From the NCBI GenBank assembly GCA_964016885.1, contig OZ024744.1, forward strand, positions 43,214,001-43,278,000: a stretch of 64,000 bases of DNA. Direction: 5' to 3'. Shown piece after piece: positions 13,170-27,330 of this stretch. Positions within the stretch are counted from its first letter, which is position 1. Each line of letters starts with the position of its first letter. Both the position numbers and the translations under genes were made by a program. The notes beneath the pieces are model-generated. The model searched no databases. It saw nothing but the letters and a program-made list of their open reading frames with translations, and was not told the DNA's origin. The DNA comes from Eledone cirrhosa (lineage: Eukaryota).

Positions 13170-16100
13170 TCATCATCACATATATATATATATAGCGGCG
13201 ATGAATTAGTTTTGCAAGGTTTTTTATATGAAATCGTGTGTCGAAACAAATATTGTTATACTTGGGGAGGGTCATATTTGTGTAATATTGCCAGAATTAA
13301 TAACAGAACATACTCACTGTTTACTTGGTTTTCTTTTCGCTTCTCGCTGTCTTTTATATCGGTAATCTAACTTACTCGGTCCTCAATGTTGCCATTGACT
13401 GACCGACGGTCAAAAATAATACAGATACAATATAGACACAAACACATATATATAGTTTATCATAAATCTTTCGTTGCACATCTGCAACATCGTCAGTGGT
13501 GTTATATTTTCCTCCGCAAAGACCACAAGACAGTCGACGATCCGACAACAGGACCACTAACAAGACCCGTATTCGGAGCTAATATAGCTAGCAACTACGC
13601 CCCATAATCAAGATGTCCCCAGATGTATGTGACAGTACAGAGGACCTCCTCAGCACAATCAGTGAGTGCAACAAAAACAAGAGCCTATCCAACTGCATAA
13701 TAGGCAGCATGGATGTGGTGTCACTGTACCCATCCATTAACATTGATTTTGCTGTGAAAACATGTGTGGAGATGATCATTGAGAGTGAGGTGGAGTTCTG
13801 CGACGTCGACACAGACGAACTGGGCCTTCTACTTAGACTTACCTACAACACTGACTACCTAGACAGCCATGACCTTAGATGTTTCTGCCCTAGTAGAGCT
13901 ATAAGAGGTAGACCCCCCACCATAATCTCAATGGCAAAAAAGACTCCCATGGGAAGGTGGATTGGGTGAACCAAAGCTATACGGTCCCCCCAAAACAATG
14001 ATCAGGTAAGAAAAATGGTCGCACATGCAAAAGGGGCTAGTATCAAAACTACCCTAAAGGGCCACATATTTAAGTTCAACGAGAAAATCTACACCCAAAA
14101 TGAGGGAGCAGCCATCGGCGTCAGCATAGCTGGTGATGTTGCCAACCTTTTCATGGTATGGTGGGAAAGGAGACTTAAAGATCTCCTTAATGAAAGCTCC
14201 ATAGACCTCATCATGTACTCTCGTTATGTAGACGATATCAATATAGTTATAAGAACACCCCTACTAGAGAGCACTAACAAGTTTGATTTAGAATGTAGCA
14301 CGATGGAAAGCATCCAGCAGATAGCTAATTCCATACACCAGAGTATAACTGTAACTATCGACTTCCCTTCCAAACACCCTAACAATAGACTACCTGTATG
14401 AGACACAGAACTCTGGATTAACACTATAGACGAGAGAGAGCCCAAATTCTCCACTCACACTATGCTAAACCCATGGCCTCCAAATACTTGATACTCAAAA
14501 ACTCAGCAATGTCCAGTAGTGCTAAGTTTAATATTCTGATCGCAGATTTGGTACGAGTGATGAAGAATGTGTCCCGCATGTGCGACCCAACAGAAATGGA
14601 AAGACACATCCAACACTTCATCAACCGCATGCAGTTCTCTGGCTACAACCAAAGAGACAGAGTCAGAGTATACGAAGGAGCCATGGAAAAGTATAAGACC
14701 CTCATAGAACTGGACATGAAAGGAATTTGCCCATTATACAGGAGCAAATCATTGAATAGCTTAGATAGGGCTAGACATAAGATAGGGAAAGCCACCTCAT
14801 GGTACGACAACCAGAGAAACCAGAGTGTCATGTTTGTGGACGCCACCCCTGGAGGGAAATTAGCTAACCAGTGTAGAAAGGCCCTGAGAAATACCCACTT
14901 AAAAATAAAGGTGGCAGAAAAGCCAGGAACCACCATAGAATCCCTGATCAGCAAAACCTACCCTTTAAGAAAACAACACAACAGGAGGAAAAAATATAAC
15001 ACCACTGACGATGCTGCAGATGTGCAACGAAAGATTTATGTAAATTATGTAAACTATATATATGTGTTTGTGTCTATATTGTATCTGTATTATTTTTGAC
15101 CGTCGGTCAGTCAATGGCAACATTGAGGACCGATTAAGTTAGATTACCGATACAAAAAGACAGCGAGAAGCGAAAACCAACCAAACAGTGAGTGTGTTCT
15201 GTTATTAATTCTGGCAATATTACACAAATATGACCCTCCCCAAGTATAACAATATTTGTTTCAACACACGATTTCATATAAAAAACCTCGCTAAACTAAT
15301 TCATCGCCGCTATATATATATATATATATATATATAATCATCACCGTTTTACGTCCGTTCTTCCACGCTAGCATGGGTTAGACGGGTTGTCCTGTTGTGG
15401 GCAGTGTCTGGTCGGCTGACCATGCCTTGATCATACAGGAACTGATTCGGCTTGATTTCTACAGCTGGATACCCATCCTAACACCAACCTCATTTACAGT
15501 GAGTGCTGGGTGCTTTTTCGTGGCGCCTACACGTCCACTTTACAGTGTCGGCTGGGTGCTTTTTAGCCGTGGTGGGTGTGGGGGCATATTGTCTATATGC
15601 TTCAGCTTGTACCCATGGGAGGTCGGGTATTCTGTATTACTGCGCGACGCCAGAGGTCACGGTCGTGTGTCATCGCCTTTGAGAGGTGTAATTGGGTAAG
15701 ATCGGCTTTTATCACCTCATCCCAGGTCATCTTGGGTCTCCCCACTCCGCGGTTTCCATCGACTTCTAGTGCTCTGCACCTTTTTATGCAGCTGTCATCC
15801 TTCATACGCATCACATGTCCATACCAACGCAACCGCCTCTCCTGCACACAGCATTTGACTCCTCTTATGCTCAGTCTCTTTCTCAATTCGTTTATGCTTT
15901 GTCGTTCGCGTATATTACTATTACACATCCATCGGAGCATGCGGGCTTCGTTTCTCTCTAAGCTACATAAGTCTTCTACCTTCAGCGCCCAGGTCTCACT
16001 ACCATGCAACATCGCTGTTCAGATACACGCATCATACAGTCTGCCTTTCATTTTGAGGGAGAAGCCTTTTGCAGCTAGCAGTGGTAGTAGTTCCCTAAAC

Positions 16101-18707
16101 TTCTTCCATCCCGTTCTTACCCTAATTATTGTACTTTCTGAACACCCACCTCCGCTGCTAATTCGGTCACCTAGGTAGCAGAAGCTGTCTACTGTTTCTA
16201 CAGAGCCCTCCCAGAGATAGGTGGTACTTGTTTCCTGTGGCTGTTTGCTGCTTGCTGTCCCAACACAGCTGCTGCATGTGAAGCCTACATTCTTAATTAA
16301 GCTTCCTGAGATCCCGCTACATCTCTTGTGTACCCATTGTTTGCATTTGGGGCAGAGAATGGAGTTCCTACCTACACCTTTCCTACATACTGAGCAAGGC
16401 CATTTCCCTAAGGGGATCTGGGTTCTGTTTTCTCGTCTACTTATAAGGACCTTAGTCTTTGTCATGTTGACTTTGAGACCCTTTCTTTCTAGTCCCTGCT
16501 TCCAAGATTGGAATTTCTTCTCTAGTTCTACCATAGATTCAGCTATAAGTGCGAAGTCATCAGCATACAGGAGTTCTCATGGGCATCCGGTCTTAAACTC
16601 CTCCGTTATTGCCTGCAGGACTATGATGAACAGGAGGGGGCTCAGAACAGAGCCCTAGTGGACCCCAACCTGTACGCTAAATTCCTCGCTATACTCATTG
16701 CTAATCCTAACTTTGCTGACTGCTCCCCTATACATGGCTTGTACTGCTTTCACAAGCCATTCATCTACTCCTAGTTTTCTAAGAGCCCACCAGATTACAG
16801 CACGTGGAACTCTGTCAAAGGCTTTCTCAAGGTCGACAAATGCCAGGTAGAGTGGCTTACTTTTAGCTAGGTACTTTTCCTGTAACTGCTTGACAAGGAA
16901 GAGGGCATCAGTGGTGCCTGTTCCTGGTATAAACCCAAATTGCATCTCGTCTTGTTTCACCGGGTCCCTAATCAACTGTGCTATAACTCTTTCTGTTACT
17001 TTCATGACCTGGTCCATCAGCTTTATACCTCTATAGTTTCCTCTATCTAGTGCATCACCTTTACCTTTGTAGCAGTTGACAATGATGCTACAGCACCAAT
17101 CTTTTGGTATGACACCTTCTAGTATTACCTGGTTAACAATACGTGTGGTTATAGTGTGACCTACAGACCCAGATGTCTTCAGCATCTCGGCAGCTATACC
17201 CGATGGACCGGTTGCCTGCCCCATCTTCATATCTTTGATTGCCTTACTTAATATGCTGCTGCTGACTTGTACTGCTGGGCCCTCTATAGGGTCTACTTGG
17301 GGTAGGGTCTCTTCTTCCCATGCATTCTCCTCATTTAGTAATCTATCATAATGACTCTTCCATGCATCTTTCTTCTTAGCACTTGTGAGGGCAAGCTCAC
17401 TTTTATCATTCCGGATACACTTCTCTCCAATGACATCACAATTCTCTCTGACACACTGCCTCACAATCTTGAACACCTCCCGTTTCTGGTCCTCACGTTG
17501 CAAAACATGCTTGAATTTTCTATCCTCTGCTTCCCTCCTAGCTAAGTAGACTTGTCGCCGAGCTTCCCTCTTGGTCTCTATGTAATGTACCCTGCTCCAC
17601 CCGTTCTTCCACTCTTTCCATGCCTGTCTCTTGGCCTTAACTGCCTCATCTACCTTATTGTTCCACCACCAAGTCACTCACCTCCTGCTTGTGGTCTTAC
17701 TCCAGCCACAGATCTCATCCATCGCCTCTAGTAAGTTATTTTTTAGGAACTCCCAGTTCTCTTCTACATTGAATGTCACTATCTGTTCTTCTTTACTGTT
17801 TTAGGCGTTGAGTAAAATATCTTTAAATCTGTTACCGGTTGAGGGGTCTTTCAGCTTCCAGATCTTTCTTCTCCAGGTTGGCCTGTTTCCAGGTTCGTCT
17901 AGTTCTGACTGTGAGGTCGCTGATAACTTAGCTATGTTGGGATGTACATTCCTCACTAGGGAAGGCTTTTGTGTTTACGACCGTCCATCTGTCACATCCT
18001 CTGATGAGGATAAAATCTATCTGACTAGAATTCTCCCCTGATCTATAGGTGATCAGGTGATTGTTGGGTTTTTTGAAGTTTGTGTTACATATCGACATGT
18101 CATTGGAGTCGCAGAATTCTAGAAGTCTGAATCCTTCATTTCTTGTGCCAACCCCATGGCCTCAATGGACTCTATTGAAGCCGTCGCAGTGTTTACCTAC
18201 GTGTCCGTTAAAATCTCCTGTGATGATTAGGATGTCATTGTCGTTTGTTAGAGCAGTAGTGTGCATTAGGGACTCGTAAAACTATACTTAAATTCGTCTG
18301 GCAACCCCGATTGGGGTGCATAAGCTGATATTATTGTGGTAATTGTTTTATTCAGGACTAGTCTGAGTTTAATGATTCTTGCATTTACCCTCTACACTGA
18401 GATTACTTTATCTACCCATTTGTCAGCTAGTAGTATACCTACACCACCGATCCCATCGTCATTTCCCACCCAGAAAAATTTGTAGCACCGACTTTTTCCT
18501 ACAAGAACTCTATCAGACTCTCCTCTCCATCTAGTCTCTTGCACACAGCATACATCAATTTCCTTTCGCTCTAGCATCTCTAAGATTTCCCCTGCTCTTC
18601 CTTTCATTGTGCTTACATTGATGGTACCAACTCGGAGTTTTGGGCATTTGTCGACACTCGTAGGGAAGGGGCTCTGGATTGGCGCTTCACATAGGTGCTT
18701 GGTAGCT

Positions 18708-18745
<38 letters not shown>

Positions 18746-20495
18746 GATTTAAATATAGAGAGAAAGGATAAATTACTGAATAACTTATTAGATGATGTTC
18801 AAATTATAACTTACCCTTTTTAGTTGATATTTTCTCTATTGAAGCAATGCGAGGGGACACTGTAATATGGTCACCTAGAATATATAAACAACATCATAGT
18901 AAACCTACATGTATATATACAAATAACATTACAAATACAGGAAACAGTTATTAGATTCATTATCTCTGATATATACATATATACACCACGTCCAAACATA
19001 TATGGACCAAACTCCCACTGCCACTGCCATTTATATATATATATTTATATATAGTGAAAGGATTCAGGACGCCAACTACTTAGATCCGTAAATATACATT
19101 TACTACTAAATTTTCTATAATCATGGCAACAGTCCTAATAAAGCAAATTTATTCTTACATACACACGCACAGAGATTGCACACACACAAACTCACACTCA
19201 CACAAACACAAACAGAGCTCACACACACTCAAAAAAGCATCACCGGTGAAACACACCCAAACAGGTACACAATGAATTAATATACAACCCAATATACCTA
19301 TATGTATACATCAACATACACATAATACCAACATCACTTCACTTATATATGTACACACAATTTTATTCAATAGGTCCACCATACACATTACATAAACTTA
19401 GAATGTATACAAATATACAATATAACGTCAATTTGATATAATGTTGAAATATGTGTAATAGTTTTCTGTACTAACTGGTAGGAATCGGTTTGAAATACAA
19501 CTTACTTTCTTTTGATCCACCTCTTATGTGTGTGCCTGAGTCAGAGACAAGGATCTCTACAGGAGTCACACCTGGAAAAAATATACAGAAGAAAAGAATA
19601 ATAAAAGCTAGAAGGCTTTCTTGAGAAGAGTTTGTTGTCAAGTTGAAGAAAGGGTAGAATGAGTTGTCATTTGTTTAATCAACTAGATCAAATTATACGG
19701 TTTGATCTCTCAAGGACATGCTTACTTTTCCCACAAATCTAAAACTTCCAAAAAGAGTAAAGTGTGGTTAGTCATATTTGGGATGTCTTGAATTATGAGA
19801 GAAACATTCTACAGTTTCCTACTGGTCCTTAAAATCAGATTTATATAGTGGTTTACCAAATATTTAGGGTACTGGCAGATGTAGTGGAGAAGAGGATGCA
19901 GCATATGAACAATGAAGGGTGACAAGAAATTGTGAAGAACTGTAGGATAAAATCTTGATAAAGAAGAGAATACTGATCTCTGAAATAATTCAATCTAACT
20001 CAATGAATCTAGTGTAACATTTATCTTCTCATTTGAATCACATGTAATGTCATTCTTTCTCAGCTATCTCTGATAATGCCCTAAAAAAGTCTAGCTATAC
20101 TTTTGTCATCATTACAAGGTCTTTGAGAAAGTCAATAAAATGTTTATTCTGGATTATTTTATGGAGGTTGTAATAGAGAGTTTGATATTGTTGACTGAAT
20201 TAAGTAGTTATAAATTTACTGTTGAAAACCTAAATAAGTTACTGAATAACTTATTACATGATGTTTAAATTATAACTTACGCTTTTGAGAAGTTTCAGGC
20301 TTCATTGCAGCACTGGGAGGGTACACGGTAATATGGTCACCTAGAATATATAAACAACATCATAGTAAACCTACATGTATATATATAAAAAACATTACAA
20401 ATACATGGAATCAGTTATTAGATTGATTATCTCTGATATATAGATATATACACCAGGTGCAAAGACATATGGACCAAACTCCCACTGTCCCTCGC

Positions 20496-20552
<57 letters not shown>

Positions 20553-23001
20553 CAAATAACGAAACGAAATTAAATTTCGTTTCGTTTGTAACTCACTTTT
20601 GTATGACTGACGCTTAAACAATTAAGTTAAAAATGTACATCCACATATGTATACTGAAATACTAGTATGCATATGAATACACACACGTGTACATATGTAG
20701 ATGTACCGAGTTTTTCACTGGACACTTTACTGTGAGTGTCCAGCTATTCTGTATGTAAACACACAGACAAACCGGTTTTTAGAGTCATACTGGTTTTCGA
20801 GGAAACACCTTTCCTCTATTCTGCAGAAAGCCAGACAAGGAATATTGGACTAGTTTCGATGTTGTTACATCTCATCAGCAATATTTACCTATCTTCCGGC
20901 CTTTCTAGAGAATCGTAAAAGCACATATCGTTATATGCTTTTTCTATGAAAATTAGTAGTGGGCAGACTAATTTGCATAGAGCGTGAGTACGTACCGGTT
21001 CAGCGGAGACGATAAAAACAAATAACGAAACGAAATTAAATTTTGTTTCGTTTGTAACTCACTTTTGTATGACTGACGCTTAAACAATTAAGTTAAAAAT
21101 GTACATCCACATATGTATACTGAAATACTAGTATGCATATGAATACACACACGTGTACATATGTAGATGTACCGAGTTTTTCACTGGACACTTTACTGTG
21201 AGTGTCCAGCTATTCTGTATGTAAACACACAGACAAACCGGTTTTTATATATATTTATATATAGAGAGAATGGATAAATTACTGAATAACTTATTAGATG
21301 ATGTTCAAACTATAACTTACCCTTTTTAGTTGATTTTGGCTCCATTGAAGCAATGCGAGGGGACTGTGTAATATGGTCACCTAGAATATATAAACAAAAT
21401 CATAGTAAACCTACATGTATATATACAAATAACATTACAAATACAGGAAACAGTTATTAGATTCATTATCTCTGATATATACATATATACACCAGGTCCA
21501 AACATATATGGACCAAACTCCCACTGCCACTGCCATTTATATATATATATTTATATATAGTGAAAGGATTCAGGACGCCAACTACTTAGATCCGTAAATA
21601 TACATTTACTACTAAATTTTCTATAATCATGGCAACAGTCCTAATAAAGCAAATTTATTCTTACATACACACGCACAGAGATTGCACACACACAAATTCA
21701 CACTCACACAAACACAAACAGAGCTCACACACACTCAAAAAAGCATCACCGGTGAAACACACCCAAACAGGTACACAATGAATTAATATACAACCCAATA
21801 TACCTATATGTATACATCAACATACACATAATACCAACATCACTTCACTTATATATGTACACACAATTTTATTCAATAGGTCCACCATACACATTACATA
21901 AACTTAGAATGTATACAAATATACAATATAACGTCAATTTGATATAATGTTGAAATATGTGTAATAGTTTTCTGTACTAACTGGTAGGAATGGGTTTGAA
22001 ATATAACTTACTTTCTTTTGATCCACCTCTTATGTGTGTGCCTGAGTCAGAGACAAGGATCTCTACAGGAGTCACACCTGGAAAAAATATACAGAAGAAA
22101 AGAATAATAAAAGCTAGAAGGCTTTCTTGAGAAGAGTTTGTTGTCAAGTTGAAGAAAGGGTAGAATGAGTTGTCATTTGTTTAATCAACTAGATCAAATT
22201 ATACGGTTTGATCTCTCAAGGACATGCTTACTTTTCCCACAAATCTAAAACTTCCAAAAAGAGTAAAGTGTGGTTAGTCATATTTGGGATGTCTTGAATT
22301 ATGAGAGAAACATTCTACAGTTTCCTACTGGTCCTTAAAATCAGATTTATATAGTGGTTTACCAAATATTTAGGGTACTGGCAGATGTAGTGGAGAAGAG
22401 GATGCAGCATATGAACAATGAAGGGTGACAAGAAATTGTGAAGAACTGTAGGATAAAATCTTGATAAAGAAGAGAATACTGATCTCTGAAATAATTCAAT
22501 CTAACTCAATGAATCTAGTGTAACATTTATCTTCTCATTTGAATCACATGTAATGTCATTCTTTCTCAGCTATCTCTGATAATGCCCTAAAAAAGTCTAG
22601 CTATACTTTTGTCATCATTACAAGGTCTTTGAGAAAGTCAATAAAATGTTTATTCTGGATTATTTTATGGAGGTTGTAATAGAGAGTTTGATATTGTTGA
22701 CTGAATTAAGTAGTTATAAATTTACTGTTGAAAACCTAAATAAGTTACTGAATAACTTATTACATGATGTTTAAATTATAACTTACGCTTTTGAGAAGTT
22801 TCAGGCTTCATTGCAGCACTGGGAGGGTACACGGTAATATGGTCACCTAGAATATATAAACAACATCATAGTAAACCTACATGTATATATATAAAAAACA
22901 TTACAAATACATGGAATCAGTTATTAGATTGATTATCTCTGATATATAGATATATACACCAGGTGCAAAGACATATGGACCAAACTCCCACTGTCCCTCG
23001 C

Positions 23002-23054
<53 letters not shown>

Positions 23055-25507
23055 AAAACAAATAACGAAACGAAATTAAATTTCGTTTCGTTTGTAACTC
23101 ACTTTTGTATGACTGACGCTTAAACAATTAAGTTAAAAATGTACATCCACATATGTATACTGAAATACTAGTATGCATATGAATACACACACGTGTACAT
23201 ATGTAGATGTACCGAGTTTTTCACTGGACACTTTACTGTGAGTGTCCAGCTATTCTGTATGTAAACACACAGACAAACCGGTTTTTAGAGTCATACTGGT
23301 TTTCGAGGAAACACCTTTCCTCTATTCTGCAGAAAGCCAGACAAGGAATATTGGACTAGTTTCGATGTTGTTACATCTCATCAGCAATATTTACCTATCT
23401 TCCGGCCTTTCTAGAGAATCGTAAAAGCACATATCGTTATATGCTTTTTCTATGAAAATTAGTAGTGGGCAGACTAATTTGCATAGAGCGTGAGTACGTA
23501 CCGGTTCAGCGGAGACGATAAAAACAAATAACGAAACGAAATTAAATTTTGTTTCGTTTGTAACTCACTTTTGTATGACTGACGCTTAAACAATTAAGTT
23601 AAAAATGTACATCCACATATGTATACTGAAATACTAGTATGCATATGAATACACACACGTGTACATATGTAGATGTACCGAGTTTTTCACTGGACACTTT
23701 ACTGTGAGTGTCCAGCTATTCTGTATGTAAACACACAGACAAACCGGTTTTTATATATATTTATATATAGAGAGAATGGATAAATTACTGAATAACTTAT
23801 TAGATGATGTTCAAACTATAACTTACCCTTTTTAGTTGATTTTGGCTCCATTGAAGCAATGCAAGGGGACTGTGTAATATGGTCACCTAGAATATATAAA
23901 CAAAATCATAGTAAACCTACATGTATATATACAAATAACATTACAAATACAGGAAACAGTTATTAGATTCATTATCTCTGATATATACATATATACACCA
24001 GGTCCAAACATATATGGACCAAACTCCCACTGCCACTGCCATTTATATATATATATTTATATATAGTGAAAGGATTCAGGACGCCAACTACTTAGATCCG
24101 TAAATATACATTTACTACTAAATTTTCTATAATCATGGCAACAGTCCTAATAAAGCAAATTTATTCTTACATACACACGCACAGAGATTGCACACACACA
24201 AACTCACACTCACACAAACACAAACAGAGCTCACACACACTCAAAAAAGCATCACCGGTGAAACACACCCAAACAGGTACACAATGAATTAATATACAAC
24301 CCAATATACCTATATGTATACATCAACATACACATAATACCAACATCACTTCACTTATATATGTACACACAATTTTATTCAATAGGTCCACCATACACAT
24401 TACATAAACTTAGAATGTATACAAATATACAATATAACGTCAATTTGATATAATGTTGAAATATGTGTAATAGTTTTCTGTACTAACTGGTAGGAATGGG
24501 TTTGAAATATAACTTACTTTCTTTTGATCCACCTCTTATGTGTGTGCCTGAGTCAGAGACAAGGATCTCTACAGGAGTCACACCTGGAAAAAATATACAG
24601 AAGAAAAGAATAATAAAAGCTAGAAGGCTTTCTTGAGAAGAGTTTGTTGTCAAGTTGAAGAAAGGGTAGAATGAGTTGTCATTTGTTTAATCAACTAGAT
24701 CAAATTATACGGTTTGATCTCTCAAGGACATGCTTACTTTTCCCACAAATCTAAAACTTCCAAAAAGAGTAAAGTGTGGTTAGTCATATTTGGGATGTCT
24801 TGAATTATGAGAGAAACATTCTACAGTTTCCTACTGGTCCTTAAAATCAGATTTATATAGTGGTTTACCAAATATTTAGGGTACTGGCAGATGTAGTGGA
24901 GAAGAGGATGCAGCATATGAACAATGAAGGGTGACAAGAAATTGTGAAGAACTGTAGGATAAAATCTTGATAAAGAAGAGAATACTGATCTCTGAAATAA
25001 TTCAAACTACCTCAATGAATCTTGTGCAACATTTATCTTCTCATTTGAATCACATGTAATGTCATTCATTCTCAGCTATCTCTGATAATGCCCTAAAAAA
25101 GTCTAGTTATAATTTTGTCATCATTAAAAGGTCTTTGAGGAAGTCAATAAAATGTTTATTCTGGATTATTTTATGGAGGTTGTAATAGAGAGTTTGATAT
25201 TGTTGACTGAATTAAGTAGTTATGAATTTACTGTTGAAAACCTAAATAAGTTACTGAATAACTTATTACATGATGTTTAAATTATAACTTACTCTTTTGA
25301 GTAGTTTCAGACTTCATTGCAGCACTGGGAGGGTACACGGTAATATGGTCACCTAGAATATATAAACAACATCATAGTAAACCTACATGTATATATATAA
25401 AAAACATTACAAATACATGGAATCAGTTATTAGATTGATTATCTCTGATATATAGATATATACACCAGGTGCAAAGACATATGGACCAAACTCCCACTGT
25501 CCCTCGC

Positions 25508-25541
<34 letters not shown>

Positions 25542-27296
25542 ATATATATTTATATATAGAGAGAATGGATAAATTACTGAATAACTTATTAGATGATGTT
25601 CAAACTATAACTTACCCTTTTTAGTTGATTTTGCCTCCATTGAAGCAATGCGAGGGGACTGTGTAATATGGTCACCTAGAATATATAAACAAAATCATAG
25701 TAAACCTACATGTATATATACAAATAACATTACAAATACAGGAAACAGTTATTAGATTTATTATCTCTGATATATACATATATACACCAGGTCCAAACAT
25801 ATATGGACCAAACTCCTACTGCCACTGCCATTTATATATATATATTTATATATAGTGAAAGGATTCAGGACGCCAACTACTTAGATCCGTAAATATACAT
25901 TTACTACTAAATTTTCTATAATCATGGCAACAGTCCTAATAAAGCAAATTTATTCTTACATACACACACACAGAGATTGCACACTCACAAACTCACACTC
26001 ACACAAACACAAACAGGGCTCACACACACTCAAAAAAGCATCACCGGTGAAACACACCCAAACAGGTACACAATGAATTAATATACAACCCAATATACCT
26101 ATATGTATACATCAACATACACATAATACCAACATCACTTCACTTATATATGTACACACAATTTTATTCAATGGGTCCACCTAACACATTACATAAACTT
26201 AGAATGTATACAGATATACAATATAACGTCAATTTGATATTAATGTTGAAACACGTGTAATAGTTTTCTGTACTAACTGGTAGGAATCGGTTTGAAATAC
26301 AACTTACTTTCTTTTGATCCACCTCTTATGTGTGTGCCTGAGTCAGAGACAAGGATCTCTACAGGAGTCACACCTGGAAAAATATACAGAAGAAAAGAAT
26401 AATAAAAGCTAGAAGGCTTTCTTGAGAAGAGTTTGTTGTCAAGTTGAAGAAAGGGTAGAATGAGTTGTCATTTGTTTAATCAACTAGATCAAATTATACG
26501 GTTTGATCTCTCAAGGACATGCTTACTTTTCCCACAAATCTAAAACTTCCAAAAAGAGTAAAGTGTGGTTAGTCATATTTGGGATGTCTTGAATTATGAG
26601 AGAAACATTCTACAGTTTCCTACTGGTCCTTAAAATCAGATTTATATAGTGGTTTACCAAATATTTAGGGTACTGGCAGATGTAGTGGAGAAGAGGATGC
26701 AGCATATGAACAATGAAGGGTGACAAGAAATTGTGAAGAACTGTAGGATAAAATCTTGATAAAGAAGAGAATACTGATCTCTGAAATAATTCAAACTACC
26801 TCAATGAATCTTGTGCAACATTTATCTTCTCATTTGAATCACATGTAATGTCATTCATTCTCAGCTATCTCTGATAATGCCCTAAAAAAGTCTAGTTATA
26901 ATTTTGTCATCATTAAAAGGTCTTTGAGGAAGTCAATAAAATGTTTATTCTGGATTATTTTATGGAGGTTGTAATAGAGAGTTTGATATTGTTGACTGAA
27001 TTAAGTAGTTATGAATTTACTGTTGAAAACCTAAATAAGTTACTGAATAACTTATTACATGATGTTTAAATTATAACTTACTCTTTTGAGTAGTTTCAGA
27101 CTTCATTGCAGCACTGGGAGGGTACACGGTAATATGGTCACCTAGAATATATAAACAACATCATAGTAAACCTACATGTATATATATAAAAAACATTACA
27201 AATACATGGAATCAGTTATTAGATTGATTATCTCTGATATATAGATATATACACCAGGTGCAAAGACATATGGACCAAACTCCCACTGTCCCTCGC

Positions 27297-27330
<34 letters not shown>

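Larger units (their letters stand above)
13195..15310 (+). mobile_element. Penelope-like retroelement (decayed RT) with ~320-bp inverted terminal repeats
   Basis: RKDHK...GPLTRPV, SMDVVSLYPSI, QNEGAAIG...ANLFM and SRYVDDI PLE RT motifs; 13195-13515 is the reverse complement of 14984-15310; flanked by (TA)n. Confidence 0.88.

Noticed and set aside
13967-14401. Two in-frame TGA codons in the PLE RT as selenocysteine
   Set aside because: One replaces the expected Leu of the LPVLD motif, the copy also has frameshifts, and no SECIS was identified; ordinary decay is more likely.
19718-19745. A fourth exon per unit ending at the gtaagcatg donor-like site
   Set aside because: The nearest acceptor gives a 13-nt non-symmetric exon, and the neighbouring sequence carries a polymorphic 13-bp deletion among units.
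20427-20918. ORF-track peptides in the array (64 aa and 60 aa, with repeats at 22933 and 30799)
   Set aside because: They derive from TA microsatellite and retrozyme sequence and have no coding features.
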